Below the pieces are notes generated by a model that was not told the origin of the DNA, searched no databases, and saw only the letters and a program-made list of their open reading frames with translations. DNA of 62,955 nt, filler included, from Reclinomonas americana ATCC 50394 (Eukaryota): NCBI GenBank assembly GCA_048213135.1. It is 4 parts of 2 records of this genome, joined end to end, with 100 filler letters (N's around TTAATTAATTAA, not from the genome) between each part and the next. Parts side by side here need not be neighbours in the genome. Positions count along the whole stretch, not along the records: positions 22,113 to 52,870 come from PS015188.1; 3 more parts are not named here. One strand, given 5' to 3'. The number at the start of each line of letters is the position of its first letter. Within the stretch, counting starts at the first letter, position 1. The position numbers were made by a program, and so were the translations under genes. Positions 24,682 through 36,349 of this stretch are shown one piece after another.

Positions 24682-24795
24682 GAATGATATCAGTGACGAA
24701 GGAGTCCTATCCGTCGATCGCGATCGATCCTCGAGCATTCACACAGAGAGCGGGAGCGGAGATGTTGCGTACACGCGCGCGCGTGTGTGTGTGCA

Positions 24796-25273
24796 ATGGG
24801 CGAGTGTGTGTGTGTGTGTAAACGTGTGTGTGTGCTGATGAGCGCGCCATGGCACTCTTTCTTTCTTTCCTTGCAGGTGCAATCCTCTGGCTTGCGTGTA
24901 CATCTGGACGACGGTGCTGTGCATCTTCTGCCCACCCGCTGCAGTGTGCATGACAGTTGCGCGAGATGCAAGCAGTGAGAGAGAAGGAGGAAAGAGTGAG
25001 TGATTGACTGTGCGTGCACTTGTGCAGTTTGAGCCGGATGTGCCAAAACCCGAGTCGCGCATGGGCGTGTTTTGCTTCAACTTGCTGCTGACGTTGTTGG
25101 TGAGTGACTGCCTTTCGTCTCTCTCTCTTTCTCGTCTGCATGTTATTCGACATCGGATAATTGAAACCCTTCCTTCCTTCAAACAGTTCTGGATACCTGG
25201 CGTCATTCACGCCTTTTACCGATTCATAAGAGTGTGCAAGATGGCCCGATCGGTAGACGTCGAGCACTTGTAG
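24796..25273 (+). CDS. PMP3: PMP3/RCI2/YqaE plasma-membrane proteolipid
   Basis: Spliced: MGECNPLACVYIWTTVLCIFCPPAAV...FCFNLLLTLLFWIPGVIHAFY, matching the family consensus ILxPPxxV...LLLTILGxIPGxIxA. Confidence 0.82.
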
Positions 25274-25315
25274 TCTTGTTTGTGCACGATTATGTGCGCG
25301 TGGATCCGCGCTCTC

Positions 25316-26085
25316 TCAAGTCTTGTTTTTTCTTCCGATCATCATCATCATCATCATAGTCACGGTAAAAAGAAAGAGAACACACTCACTACACACACGT
25401 ACGCTGCTCAGTCTGGCGGTCGGTGCGATAGGGGAACAATGTTGACGAAGCCGCTGCTGGCGTCCCTTGTGCCAAACAACTCCTGTGTGAATCAGTTGAG
25501 CAAGCCATGCAGCGTTCCCTTTGCTGTCTTCGCCCCTTCTGCGCACCGGAAACGTGTCCACGAGAAAGTCATACGCCGGCGACTCACGCACCGCCGCACC
25601 GACATCGCTCGGCGTCAGCGGTGTGTTGGTCGCCTGCGGTGCCTCCTCCTCCTCCTGCTCCTCTTCCATGTCCACGCTCATTGGCTCGGCCTTGCTCCGC
25701 CTCGCGCACCGCACCGCTCGCAGCGCCAGCTCCTTGGCGAACAGCGAGGCAATCGATGATGCACACAGGAGAGTCTCCGGTGGGATGACAATCGGCAAGT
25801 ACTGCATGCCACTCAGTCAACGATGATGAAGCATGTGCTGAGGTGCGGGGTCGTACTCAACTCTCGTCTCTTCGTTGCGTCGCAGCTCACGTTCCATGAT
25901 CTCTTTGCAGCCGACGGCAAGATCGCCTTGCGCGTCCACTCATCAGTTGTCTCTTTCTCTCTCTCTCTCTCCCTCTCTCTGCGCATGCAACACAGGAGCT
26001 TACCGGAGGGCGGTTGTGACACGTGCTCCAAGAACAGGTCACTGAGCTCCCTGGCATCACGCTCAACGCTCCGCAAGTGCTCCAT
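25316..26085 (-). CDS. Histone-fold protein, NF-YC/Dpb3-like
   Basis: IPPETLLCASSIASLFAKELALRA...LTPSDVGAAVRESPAYDFLVDTFP resembles NF-YC [24 protein letters not shown]...[24 protein letters not shown]. 3' end approximate. Confidence 0.7.
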
Positions 26086-26139
26086 GAGTGTGTGTGTAGG
26101 ACTATCTCTATGACTCACTTCAGCAATCACACACCAACG

Positions 26140-27371
26140 ATGCAGAGCGTGATGCGGGCTGCTGGCGCCTCCCTGCGACGCCTGGCTGTGGCACAGATGT
26201 GCTGCACAGATGATCTGGCCGCCAACCTCAACGCTGTTCGCAAAGTTGCGTCTCTCTTTCTCTCTCACTCTCGTTCTCTGTGCTGCTCACGCCGCACGCA
26301 GAGCAGTTGACCGAGGCTGCTGTGGCTCGTGGTGCGCAAATGGTGTTCTTTCCCGAGTGCTTTGACTATGTGGGATCGTCGGCGCAGCAAGGTGCGTTCA
26401 CTGCATGGTCATCATACATTCTCAGTCTCACTCTCCACGCAGCGGTGGAGCTGGCATCGCCGCTCTCTGGATCGTTGTTCAGCAGCTACTGCGAGGTGGC
26501 GCGGCAGAATGGTGGCATGGCACTTCTCTCTTTGGTGCATCCGTCTCTCTATCTCTCGCACTTATCATTCCGAGCAGGCGTGTGGCTTTCGTTGGGTGGC
26601 TTTCACGAGCAGCCAGAGGTTGCCGACACGCGGATCCGCAACACGCATGTGATTGTGAACGATGCTGGCACTGTGGAGGCCGTGTACCGCAAAGTGCATC
26701 TGTTTGACGTGTCGATCCCCGACGGTCCGCAGCTGCAGGAGTCACGAAGCACGGCACCCGGCAGCGAGGTCGTGGTGTGCGAGTCGCCGGTGGGTCAGTT
26801 GGGACTGTCGGTGTGCTATGATCTGAGGTGCGCGCGCCCCGCCGCTAGCATCGTATGCGGTTGTTGACATCGATGCAGATTTCCCGAGTTGTATTCCAGA
26901 ATGCGCGACCGCGGGGCGGAGGTGCTGCTGATGCCGTCTGCCTTCATGGTGAAGACTGGTCAGGCTCACTGGCACACACTGCTGCGAGCACGGGCCATCG
27001 AGACGCAATGCTTTGTGGTGGCGGCGGCGCAATGCGGAGCTCACCATGCCCGTCGCTCCAGCTACGGCCACTCCCTGGTCGTCGACCCGTGGGGAAGTTG
27101 TGTCTTCACAGCGGGTGTTGACGCGATGCACCTCCACTCACTCACACACACAGCTGTGCTGCTGGATATGGGCGGCATTGACGGGGAGGGCGGCACGATC
27201 GGTGCCGACATTGTGGTGTGCGAGGGGGCAGGTGCGGTCGGCCTGGTCGACCTGAATATGTCGGTGTTGGAGACGACGAGAAGAAACATGCCGGTGTGGG
27301 ATCATCGTCGGCTTGACGTGTACGCCGTCGACGCAGAAGCGACGGCGAGTGGGAAGGTGGTTGCAGAGTGA
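26140..27371 (+). CDS. NIT1: Nitrilase-superfamily NIT1 (deaminated glutathione amidase)
   Basis: Catalytic triad motifs FFPECFD, YRKVHLFD and VCYDLRFPE, plus PSAFMVKTGQAHWHTLLRARAIETQC and SYGHSLVVDPWG. Five introns. Confidence 0.93.
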
Positions 27372-27505
27372 AGCTGGCCGTGACTGAGTCGTGCCACCAC
27401 TTTGCGTGGATACATGGGTGACATTCAGTCTCAGCGCCATTGTGGCCACGTCGCTGATGCCGACGGGTTGTCCCATGAAACACACACACACACACACACT
27501 TCCTC

Positions 27506-28814
27506 ATGACGAGCGATGACCACGAATTCACGACCATCACGCAGCCCCTCGAAGCACACCAGTTTGGCAGCGCCGTGTACTGTGTGGCAGCGTCGGCCGA
27601 TGTGCATCCCTCCATCGTTGCGCCGCGCCGATTGAAGAGGAATGCGCGCACAAAATGAGATGCTCACTCATCATGCCTCCCTCAGTATTCGCAGCTGCTG
27701 GCAGTGACGAAGGAGAACACTGTTCAACTCTACGACACCCACCACCGACATGGATCGCTGCAGTTGCTGTCCACGGTGCAAGTGACAAGATCAGCATGGA
27801 TTCTGCGACTGCTCTTTTGCTCCACCGACGGCCGGTGGCTCGTGTGCGGTACCGGCGTCGGTGACTACGAGGTGAGCATGTGGGATCTCGAGTCACTGCT
27901 GGAACCGCGGCTCGTGTGGTGCTGCGCGGGCGCACACAGGAATCACATCCTTGCACTTGCTGCGTCGTCCAAGTACGTATTCTCCGGTGCTACCGACAAC
28001 TCGGTCAGAGTGTTCGACAGGCAGACAGGAGTGTGTGTTACGGCTCTACGACAGCACAGACACAGCGTGCGCTCGGTGCAGGTGACGACAGACGAGAGGC
28101 TAGTCATCAGCGCTGCGTTCGACAAACAAATCATTGTGTGGGATCACGACACGCTCGAGTGTCTGTCANNNNNNNNNNNNNNNNNNNNNNNNNNNNNNNN
28201 NNNNNNNNNNNNNNNNNNNNNNNNNNNNNNNNNNNNNNNNNNNNNNNNNNNNNNNNNNNNNNNNNNNNNNNNNNNNNNNNNNNNNNNNNNNNNNNNNNNN
28301 NNNNNNNNNNNNNNNNNNNNNNNNNNNNNNNNNNNNNNNNNNNNNNNNNNNNNNNNNNNNNNNNNNNNNNNNNNNNNNNNNNNNNNNNNTTCCGTTCGAG
28401 TGTGGGATGTGCAATCTGGGAGAACAGTGGCACGAGTGTGTTGCACAACATCAAAAGACTTCGAGAGGCCCACTGCCGCGGTGATGTTGAACGACGGGCG
28501 GGTTGTGATTGTCGCCTACAGATTTTCTGGCCTTTCAGTGTGGCCTGTTGGTGCGTGGTCTCTTGGCTGAGTTTGCTTCCCGCTACTGACAAACATTGGC
28601 TGTTGGTGGTGATCACACAGGGTCAACGTTGGGCGGGTGGTACATTGGCCGGGAGTATGAGTGCATCAGGAGAGCCCTGCAAACACTGTCGAGAGATGAG
28701 GATGAGGAGGGTGACGACGAGGGAGAGCCACTTCCTCACTTTGTTCTTCGTTGCTTCCTTGCTGAGGAAGCAGAGATGCTGTGCTTCCGATATGCCTCGG
28801 CCAGTCAATGGTGA
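27506..28814 (+). CDS. WD40-repeat protein, array copy 1 (contains a gap)
   Basis: WD40 motifs VSMWD, H..ILALA..VFSGATDNSVRVFD and H..SVRSVQ..ISAAFDKQIIVWD; shared tail ...LPHFVLRCFL...SQW*. Confidence 0.85.
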
Positions 28815-28993
28815 CACGAATGCAAAGAGAATTGCTCCGAACCATCGTGCTCTTGATCCAGACCACTTGACAGTTTCCCACATCAGTGCTTAAGTTCTAG
28901 GTTGCATAGACTCGGTCTGCCACATCAAGCTTCAGAGAGTTGAGGCTTGTCATGCCGATTTGTTGTCCCATGAAAACACACACATCTTATGCG

Positions 28994-30601
28994 ATGAGCG
29001 CTGATCGCGAGTTCACGGACATCACGCAGCCCCTCGAAGCACATGACTTTGGCGAGCACATCTATTATGCGGCAGTGTCGGCCGATGCGCATCAGTCCAT
29101 CGTTGCGCCTCTGGTAAAGAATGCACGAATCAACATTGAGATGCTCATTCATCAATGCCTCTCTCAGAATGCGCAGCTGCTGGCTGTGACGAAGGGGAGC
29201 ACTGTTCAACTCTACGACACCCACCGCCGACATGGATCGCTGCACTTGTTGTCCACTGTGCAAGTGACAAGGGAGGGTTCCTCCGTGTTGCGGCTGCTCT
29301 TTTGCTCCGACGACGGCCGATGGCTCGTGTGTGGTGCCGGTTTTAGAGACTATGGGGTGAGCATGTGGGACCTTGAGTCACCGTTGGAACCGCGGCTCGT
29401 GTGGTGTGCCACGGAACACGGCATGCACGTCCTTGCACTTGCTGCGTCTTCCAAGTTGGTATTCTCCGGTGGTGGCGACAACTCGGTCATGGCGCGCGAC
29501 AGGCAGACTGGAGAGTGTGTAGCTGAAATGCGACAGCACAGGTACAGCGTGCGCTCGATCCAGGTAACGGCAGACGAGAGGCTAGTGATCAGTGCCGCGT
29601 TTGACAAACAAATTATTGTGTGGGATCACGACACTCACGAGTGCTTGTCACGCGTTGAGCTGGNNNNNNNNNNNNNNNNNNNNNNNNNNNNNNNNNNNNN
29701 NNNNNNNNNNNNNNNNNNNNNNNNNNNNNNNNNNNNNNNNNNNNNNNNNNNNNNNNNNNNNNNNNNNNNNNNNNNNNNNNNNNNNNNNNNNNNNNNNNNN
29801 NNNNNNNNNNNNNNNNNNNNNNNNNNNNNNNNNNNNNNNNNNNNNNNNNNNNNNNNNNNNCGGAAGGCATTTGGTCCATGGTTCTGTCGGTCACCAACAA
29901 TGTTCTGTTCTGCGGACTGCGGAATGGCAAGATTGTGCAGTGTGCATTGCAGCGTGACGGCGATAGTAATGCAGTTACTGTCGCACAGACGACAGAAGAG
30001 TGGTCTGGTCATCAACAAGAAGTGGTGCATCTGCTCCTGCTGGCGAATGGCCACCACCTCATCAGCACATCCAAAGGTGCGTGCGTGTGCATGTGCAAGG
30101 AGTCATCGCACGAATGAAATGATCTAGTGCACTACTTACCGCACAATCTTTTGCAATTGAACGCAGATCGTTCAGCTCGAGTGTGGGATGTTCGGACTGG
30201 GATAACAGTGGCACGAGTGCTCCGCATTGATATGGGTGAGATGCAGACCACCGCCACGGTGATGCTGGAGGATGGACGAGCGGTAATGACAGCCTACAGC
30301 CGTGTTGGTCTCTCTGTGTGGCCTCTAGGTGTGTGGGCCATTCACTGTTGTGCATGTACAAGAGCGCTGCGATCACTGACACCAAGATGCAGGGGTGTCA
30401 CTGGGTGGGTGGCTGATGGGCCAGGAATACGAGTGCATCAGAAGAGCCCTGCAAGCACTGTCTGCAGATGAGGTGGGGGGCGACGAAGAGGAGGAAGCAG
30501 AGAATTACGGGGAACCACTTCCTCACTTTGTTCTTCGTTGCTTCCTTGCTGAGGAAGCAGAGATGCTGTGCTTCCGATATGCCTCGGCCAGTCAATGGTG
30601 A
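28994..30601 (+). CDS. WD40-repeat protein, array copy 2
   Basis: Same motifs as copy 1. The flanks of the internal N gap join in frame (ELAEGIWSMVL), so little or no sequence is missing. Confidence 0.88.
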
Positions 30602-30783
30602 CGTGAATGCAAAGAGAATTGCTCCGACCCGTCGTGCTTCTTGATCCAGGCCACTTGACAGTTTCCCACATTAGTGCTTAAGTTCTAGGTTGCCTAGACT
30701 CGGTCTGCCACATCAAGCTTCAGAGAGTTGAGGCTTGTCATGCCGATTTGTTGTCCCATGAAAACACACGCACAGACTTCCTC

Positions 30784-32153
30784 ATGACGAGCGCTGATCG
30801 CGAGTTCACGGACATCACGCAGCCTCTCGAATCCCACGACTTTGGCACACCTGTCTTCTACGCCATAGCGTCGGCCAATGTGCATCCCTCCATCGTTGCG
30901 CCGATGGTGATGAATGCACACTCACTCCGTCAACATTGTCACTCATCATGCCACAGAATTCGCAGCTGCTGGCGGTGACGAAGGAGAACACCGTGCAACT
31001 CTATGACACCCATCGCCGACATGGATCGCTGCACTTGCTGTCCACAGTGCAAGTGACAAGAGGAGTGTGTCATGTGATGCGACTGCTTTTTTGTTCCACC
31101 GATGGCCGGTGGCTCGTGTGTGGAACCGGCATCGGTGTCTTTGAAGTGAGCATGTGGGATCTCGAGTCACTGATGGAGCCACGCCGTGTGTGGTGCTGCG
31201 CTGGGGAACACACCGATCACATCCTTGCGCTTGCTGCGACGTCCACGTACGTGTTCTCCGGTGGCGCCGACTACTCGGTCAGAGTATTCGACCGGCAGAC
31301 AGGAGAGCGTGCAGCGGTTCTACGACAGCACGCACACAGCGTGCGCTCGATCCAGGTGACGGCAGACGAGAGGCTAGTGATCAGTGCCGCATTCGACAAA
31401 CAAATTATTGTGTGGGATCACGACACTCACGAGTGCTTGTCGCGCGTTGAGCTGGCGGAAGACATCTGGTCTATGGTTCTGTCGGCCACCAACAGAGTGC
31501 TTTTCTGTGGGCTTAAGAGTGGCACGATTGTGCAGTGTGTAGTACAGTGTGACGGCGATAGTAATGCAGTGTCAGTCGCACCGACGACAGAAGAGTGGTC
31601 GGGGCACAGTAAGCAGGTGACACATCTGCTGCTGCTGTCTGACGGTCGCCACCTTATCAGCACATCCGACGGTGCGTGTGCGGAATGATCGCGTGTACTG
31701 TGCAGCTGCACTCACCAGACGAGCCTTTGAACGCAGATCGGTCGGCTCGAGTGTGGGATATGCAGACTGGGAGAACAATGGCTCGAGTGCTCCGCGTCAT
31801 GGGTGGGATGCAAACCACCGCCACGGCGTTGCTGAAGGATGGACGAGCGGTGATGACAGCCTACAGACCTGTTGGTCTCTCTGTGTGGTCTCTGGGTGTG
31901 TGGGCCATTCACTGTTCAGCGTGTACTAGAGCGCTGCGGTTTCTGACACCAAGATGCAGGGGCGTGTTTGGGTGGGTGGCTGATGGGCCAGGAGTACGAG
32001 TGCATCAGAAGAGCCCTGCAAACACTGTCGAGAGATGAGGATGAGGAGGGTGACGACGAGGGAGAGCCACTTCCTCACTTTGTTCTTCGTTGCTTCCTTG
32101 CTGAGGAAGCAGAGATGCTGTGCTTCCGATATGCCTCGGCCAGTCAATGGTGA
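30784..32153 (+). CDS. WD40-repeat protein, array copy 3 (complete)
   Basis: Four exons and three GT-AG introns, open to ...RYASASQW*. Confidence 0.9.
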
Positions 32154-32345
32154 CACGAATGCAAAGAGAATTGCTCCGAATCGTCGTGCTTCTTGATCCA
32201 GGCCACTTGACAGTGTCTCGCAGGAGCGTGCTTAGGTGCTGGGTGCAAACTAGAATAGCTCGTTCGACCACATCGAGCTTCAGCGACGGAGTTGAAGCTT
32301 GTCATGCCGCAGCGATGTCCCATGAAAACACGCACACCTCATGCG

Positions 32346-33424
32346 ATGAGCGCTGATCGCGAGTTCGTGGACATCACGCAGCCCCTCGAAGCGCACGACT
32401 TTGGCGAGCACATCTATTATGCGGCAGTGTCGGCCGATGTGCATCCCTCCATCGTTGCGCCTCTGGTAAAGAATGCACGAATCAACGTTGAGATGCTCAT
32501 TCATCAATGCCTCTCTCAGAATGCGCAGCTGCTGGCGGTGACGAAGGGGAGCACTGTTCAACTCTACGACACCCACCGCCGACATGGATCGCTGCACTTG
32601 TTGTCCACTGTGCAAGTGACAAGGGTCGGTTGCTCCGTGTTGCGGCTGCTCTTTTGCTCCGACGACGGCCGGTGGCTCGTGTGTGGTGCCGGTATTGGAG
32701 ACTATGGGGTGAGCATGTGGGACCTTGAGTCGCCGTTGGAACCGCGGCTCGTGTGGTGTGCCACGGAACACGGCTTGCACGTGCTTGCACTTGCTGCGTC
32801 TTCCGAGTACATATTCTCCGGTAGCGCCGACAACTCGGTCAAGGCGATCAACAGGCAGATGGGAGTGTGTGTGGCCGATATGCGACACAAACACAGCGTG
32901 CGCTCGGTGCAGGTGACGGCAGACGAGAGGCTAGTGATCAGTGCCGCGTTTGACAAACAAATCATTGTGTGGGATCACGACACGCACGATTGTTTGTCAC
33001 GCGTTGAGCTGGCGGAAGACATCTGGTCCATGGTTCTGTTGGCGAACAGTGAGGTGCTTTTCTGCGGACTGCGGAATGGCAAGATTGTGAAGTGTGCATT
33101 GCAGCGTGACGGTGAGAGTAATGCAGTTACTGTCGCACAGACGACAGAAGAGTGGTCTGGTCATCAACAAGAAGTGGTGCATCTGCTGCTGCTGGCGAAT
33201 GGCCACCACCTCATCAGCACATCCAAAGGTGCGTGCGTGTGCATGTGCAAGGAGTCATCGCACGAATGAAATAATCACGTGCACTACTCACCGCAACTGA
33301 ACGCAGATCATTCAGCTCGAGTGTGGGATGTGCGGACTGGGAGAACAGTGGCACGAGTGCTTCGCATCGATATGGGTGAGATGCAGACCACCGCCACGGT
33401 GATGCTGGAGGATGGACGGGCGGT
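32346..33424 (+). CDS. WD40-repeat protein, array copy 4 (3' end in gap)
   Basis: Closest to copy 2; truncated by Ns at 33425. Confidence 0.85.
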
Positions 33425-33718
33425 NNNNNNNNNNNNNNNNNNNNNNNNNNNNNNNNNNNNNNNNNNNNNNNNNNNNNNNNNNNNNNNNNNNNNNNNNNNN
33501 NNNNNNNNNNNNNNNNNNNNNNNNNNNNNNNNNNNNNNNNNNNNNNNNNNNNNNNNNNNNNNNNNNNNNNNNNNNNNNNNNNNNNNNNNNNNNNNNNNNN
33601 NNNNNNNNNNNNNNNNNNNNNNNNNNNNNNNNNNNNNNNNNNNNNNNNNNNNNNNNNNNNNNNNNNNNNNNNNNNNNNNNNNNTTTGTTGTCCCATGAAA
33701 ACACACGCACACTTCCTG

Positions 33719-35106
33719 ATGACGAGCGCTGACCACGAGTTCACGGACATCACACAGCCCCTCGAAGTCTACGAGTTCGGCGAGAACATTCAGCACTTGA
33801 CAGCTTCGGCCGACGTGCATCCCTCCATCGCTGCGCCAATTAAATGTAAAGAATGCACGAATCAACATTGAGATGCTCATTCATCAATGCCTCCCTCAGA
33901 ATGCGCAGCTGCTTGCTGTGACGAAGGGGAACACCGTACAATTTTACGACACCCATCGCCGACATGGATCGCTGCACTTGCTGTCCACAGTGCAAGTGAC
34001 AAGAGGAGTGTGTCATGTGATGCGACTGCTTTTTTGTTCCGCCGATGGCCGGTGGCTCGTGTGTGCAACCGGCATAGGTGAATTTGAAGTGAGCATGTGG
34101 GATCTCGAGTCACTGGTGAAGCCACGCCGTGTGTGGTGCTGCGCGGGCGAGCATACCAGTCACATCCTTGCGCTTGCTGCGTCGTCCACGTACGTGTTCT
34201 CCGGTGGCGCCGACTACTCGATCAAGGCGCTCAACAGGCAGACAGGAGAGCGTGCAGCTGATATGCGACAGCACAGGTACAGCGTGCGCTCGATCCAGGT
34301 GACGGCAGACGAGAGGCTAGTGATCAGTGCCGCATTCGACAAACTAATTATTGTGTGGGATCACGACACTCACGAGTGCTTGTCGCGCGTTGAGCTGGCG
34401 GAAGACATCTGGTCTATGGTTCTGTCGGCCACCAACAGAGTGCTTTTCTGTGGGCTTAAGAGTGGCACGATTGTACAGTGTGTAGTACAGCGTGACGGTG
34501 ATGGTAATGCAATTACTGTCGCACCGACGACAGAAGAGTGGTCGGGGCACAGTAAGCAGGTGACACATCTGCTACTGCTGTCTGACGGTCGCCATCTTAT
34601 CAGCACATCCGACGGTGCGTGTGCGGAATGATCGCGTGCACTGTGCAGCTGCACTCACCAGACGAGCCTTTGAACGCAGATCGGTCGGCTCGAGTGTGGG
34701 ATATGCAGACTGGGAGAACAATGGCTCGAGTGCTCCGCGTCGATATGGGTGGGATGCAAACCACCGCCACGGCGTTGCTGAAGATGGACGAGCGGTGATG
34801 ACAGCCTACAGACCTGTTGGTCTCTCAGTGTGGTCTCTGGGTGTGTGATCATTCGCTGTTCAGCGTGTACTAGAGCGCTGCGGTTTCTGACACCAGGCAG
34901 GGGCGTGTTTGGGTGGGTGGCTGATGGGCCAGGAGTACGAGTGCATCAGAAGAGCCCTGCAAGCACTTTCGAGAGATGAGGCGGGGGACGACGAAGAGGA
35001 GGAAGCTGGGGATTACGGCGAACCGCTTCCTCGACTTGTGTTGCGCTGCTTCCTTGCCGAGGAGGCGCAGATGTTGTGCTTCCGATATGCCACAGCCAGT
35101 CAATGA
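33719..35106 (+). pseudogene. WD40-repeat gene, array copy 5, with a 1-nt frameshift in exon 3
   Basis: CTGAAGATGGACGAGCGGTGA at ~34778-34798 versus CTGAAGGATGGACGAGCGGTG in copy 3 gives a premature TGA before the tail exon. May be a sequencing error. Confidence 0.6.
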
Positions 35107-35211
35107 ATGCCGTACACTGTCTGAAGTCGATGGCGTTTTGTTCAAAGACTACATGCTGTCAAAGACGGGTGTGCCGCGACAAGGGGAAATAGGAAGTGAC
35201 TGACGTCGCAG

Positions 35212-36323
35212 CTTGCGTGACGACCAAACGTCCCACATCGACTTCTCGAAGACTCCTCGTCGTAGCGGAAACAAGTCGGCGCGCTTCCCGCACCAACTCC
35301 TCATGTCGTTCTCGTGGGATCCCTACGCCAGCGTCACAGAGGCCATCAGTCGCAGGTTGGCGCCACAATGTCCATCAGTTGTCCACGCTCGATCAACTAC
35401 TCACTCTCGCGCATTCAGCGACGTGCGTCTGGTGGCCGTGGTGTACGCCGAAGAGTGGAACCCAGCAGCACTGGGGACAGCCAAGAGTCTGTGTCTCGCT
35501 GTGTGTGTCGCAGTTGTGATGATCGAGTGCAGCTGACTGTTTAGCGCGCGCGCGCGCGCTCTCTCTCCCCTCTCCCTGTCGCAGTCTTCAACGACATTCG
35601 CACCTCAGGCCNNNNNNNNNNNNNNNNNNNNNNNNNNNNNNNNNNNNNNNNNNNNNNNNNNNNNNNNNNNNNNNNNNNNNNNNNNNNNNNNNNNNNNNNN
35701 NNNNNNNNNNNNNNNNNNNNNNNNNNNNNNNNNNNNNNNNNNNNNNNNNNNNNNNNNNNNNNNNNNNNNNNNNNNNNNNNNNNNNNNNNNNNNNNNNNNN
35801 NNNNNNNNNNNNNNNNNNNNNNNNNNNNNNNNNNNNNNNNNNNNNNNNNNNNNNNNNNNNNNNAAGCACAATTCGCGCGCATCCTCATCGTGAACGCCGA
35901 GACAGACCACGCCGAGGCGTGGAATCACGGGTTGCGTAGTCTCGCTCACTCTCACTCTCTCTCTCTCTCTTCTGCCTCTCTTCTCATTGGCGCCCCCTGT
36001 CACAGTGTTCTTCTTGCGCCAGCGGTGGTGCTTTTCTGGGATGGTACACCGCTTACCATTCGACGACCAGACTGGGACGACGATGTGAAGTGTTGCGTTG
36101 ACCCTGATCTCCTGTTGTCTCTGTGTGCGTTCGTGTGGTTGGTTGACACATTCGATGGTGCAGACTCGGGCACAGCCAGCAGGGAGACGGTCAGTGAAAA
36201 CATCCCGGCCGTCGGAATTCACTTGCTTACTGTCTCTCCCTCTCTTTGCAGTTCTTGGAGTTGTTGCGGTCGGCGAGGGACGTGGCGGCGACTGGCGACA
36301 CCGTTGTACGATTTGAGCTGTGA
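35212..36323 (+). CDS. Thioredoxin-fold-like protein without CxxC (partial, contains a gap)
   Basis: Exons SDVRLVAVVYAEEWNPAALGTAK, ILIVNAETDHAEAWNHG, VLLAPAVVLFWDGTPLTIRRPDWDDDVK and FLELLRSARD...FEL* follow thioredoxin topology. Start uncertain. Confidence 0.5.
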
Positions 36324-36349
36324 GAGGCGATTGAAAGTACTCTTACGCT

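Larger units (their letters stand above)
27475..35106 (+). repeat. Tandem array of five ~1.55-1.6 kb units, each a four-exon WD40 gene
   Basis: Near-identical blocks recur, including 5' flank TTGTCCCATGAAAACAC, coding sequence and introns. Confidence 0.95.

Noticed and set aside
24679-24682. Divergent genes apparently sharing one CATG palindrome as both start codons (also 39416-39419)
   Set aside because: Any ATG preceded by C creates this. Better starts exist downstream (24796 for PMP3, 39489 for the thioredoxin).
29664-29860. Apparent insertion in WD40 copy 2
   Set aside because: The gap flanks join to ELAEGIWS, collinear with the other copies, so the gap size is spurious.
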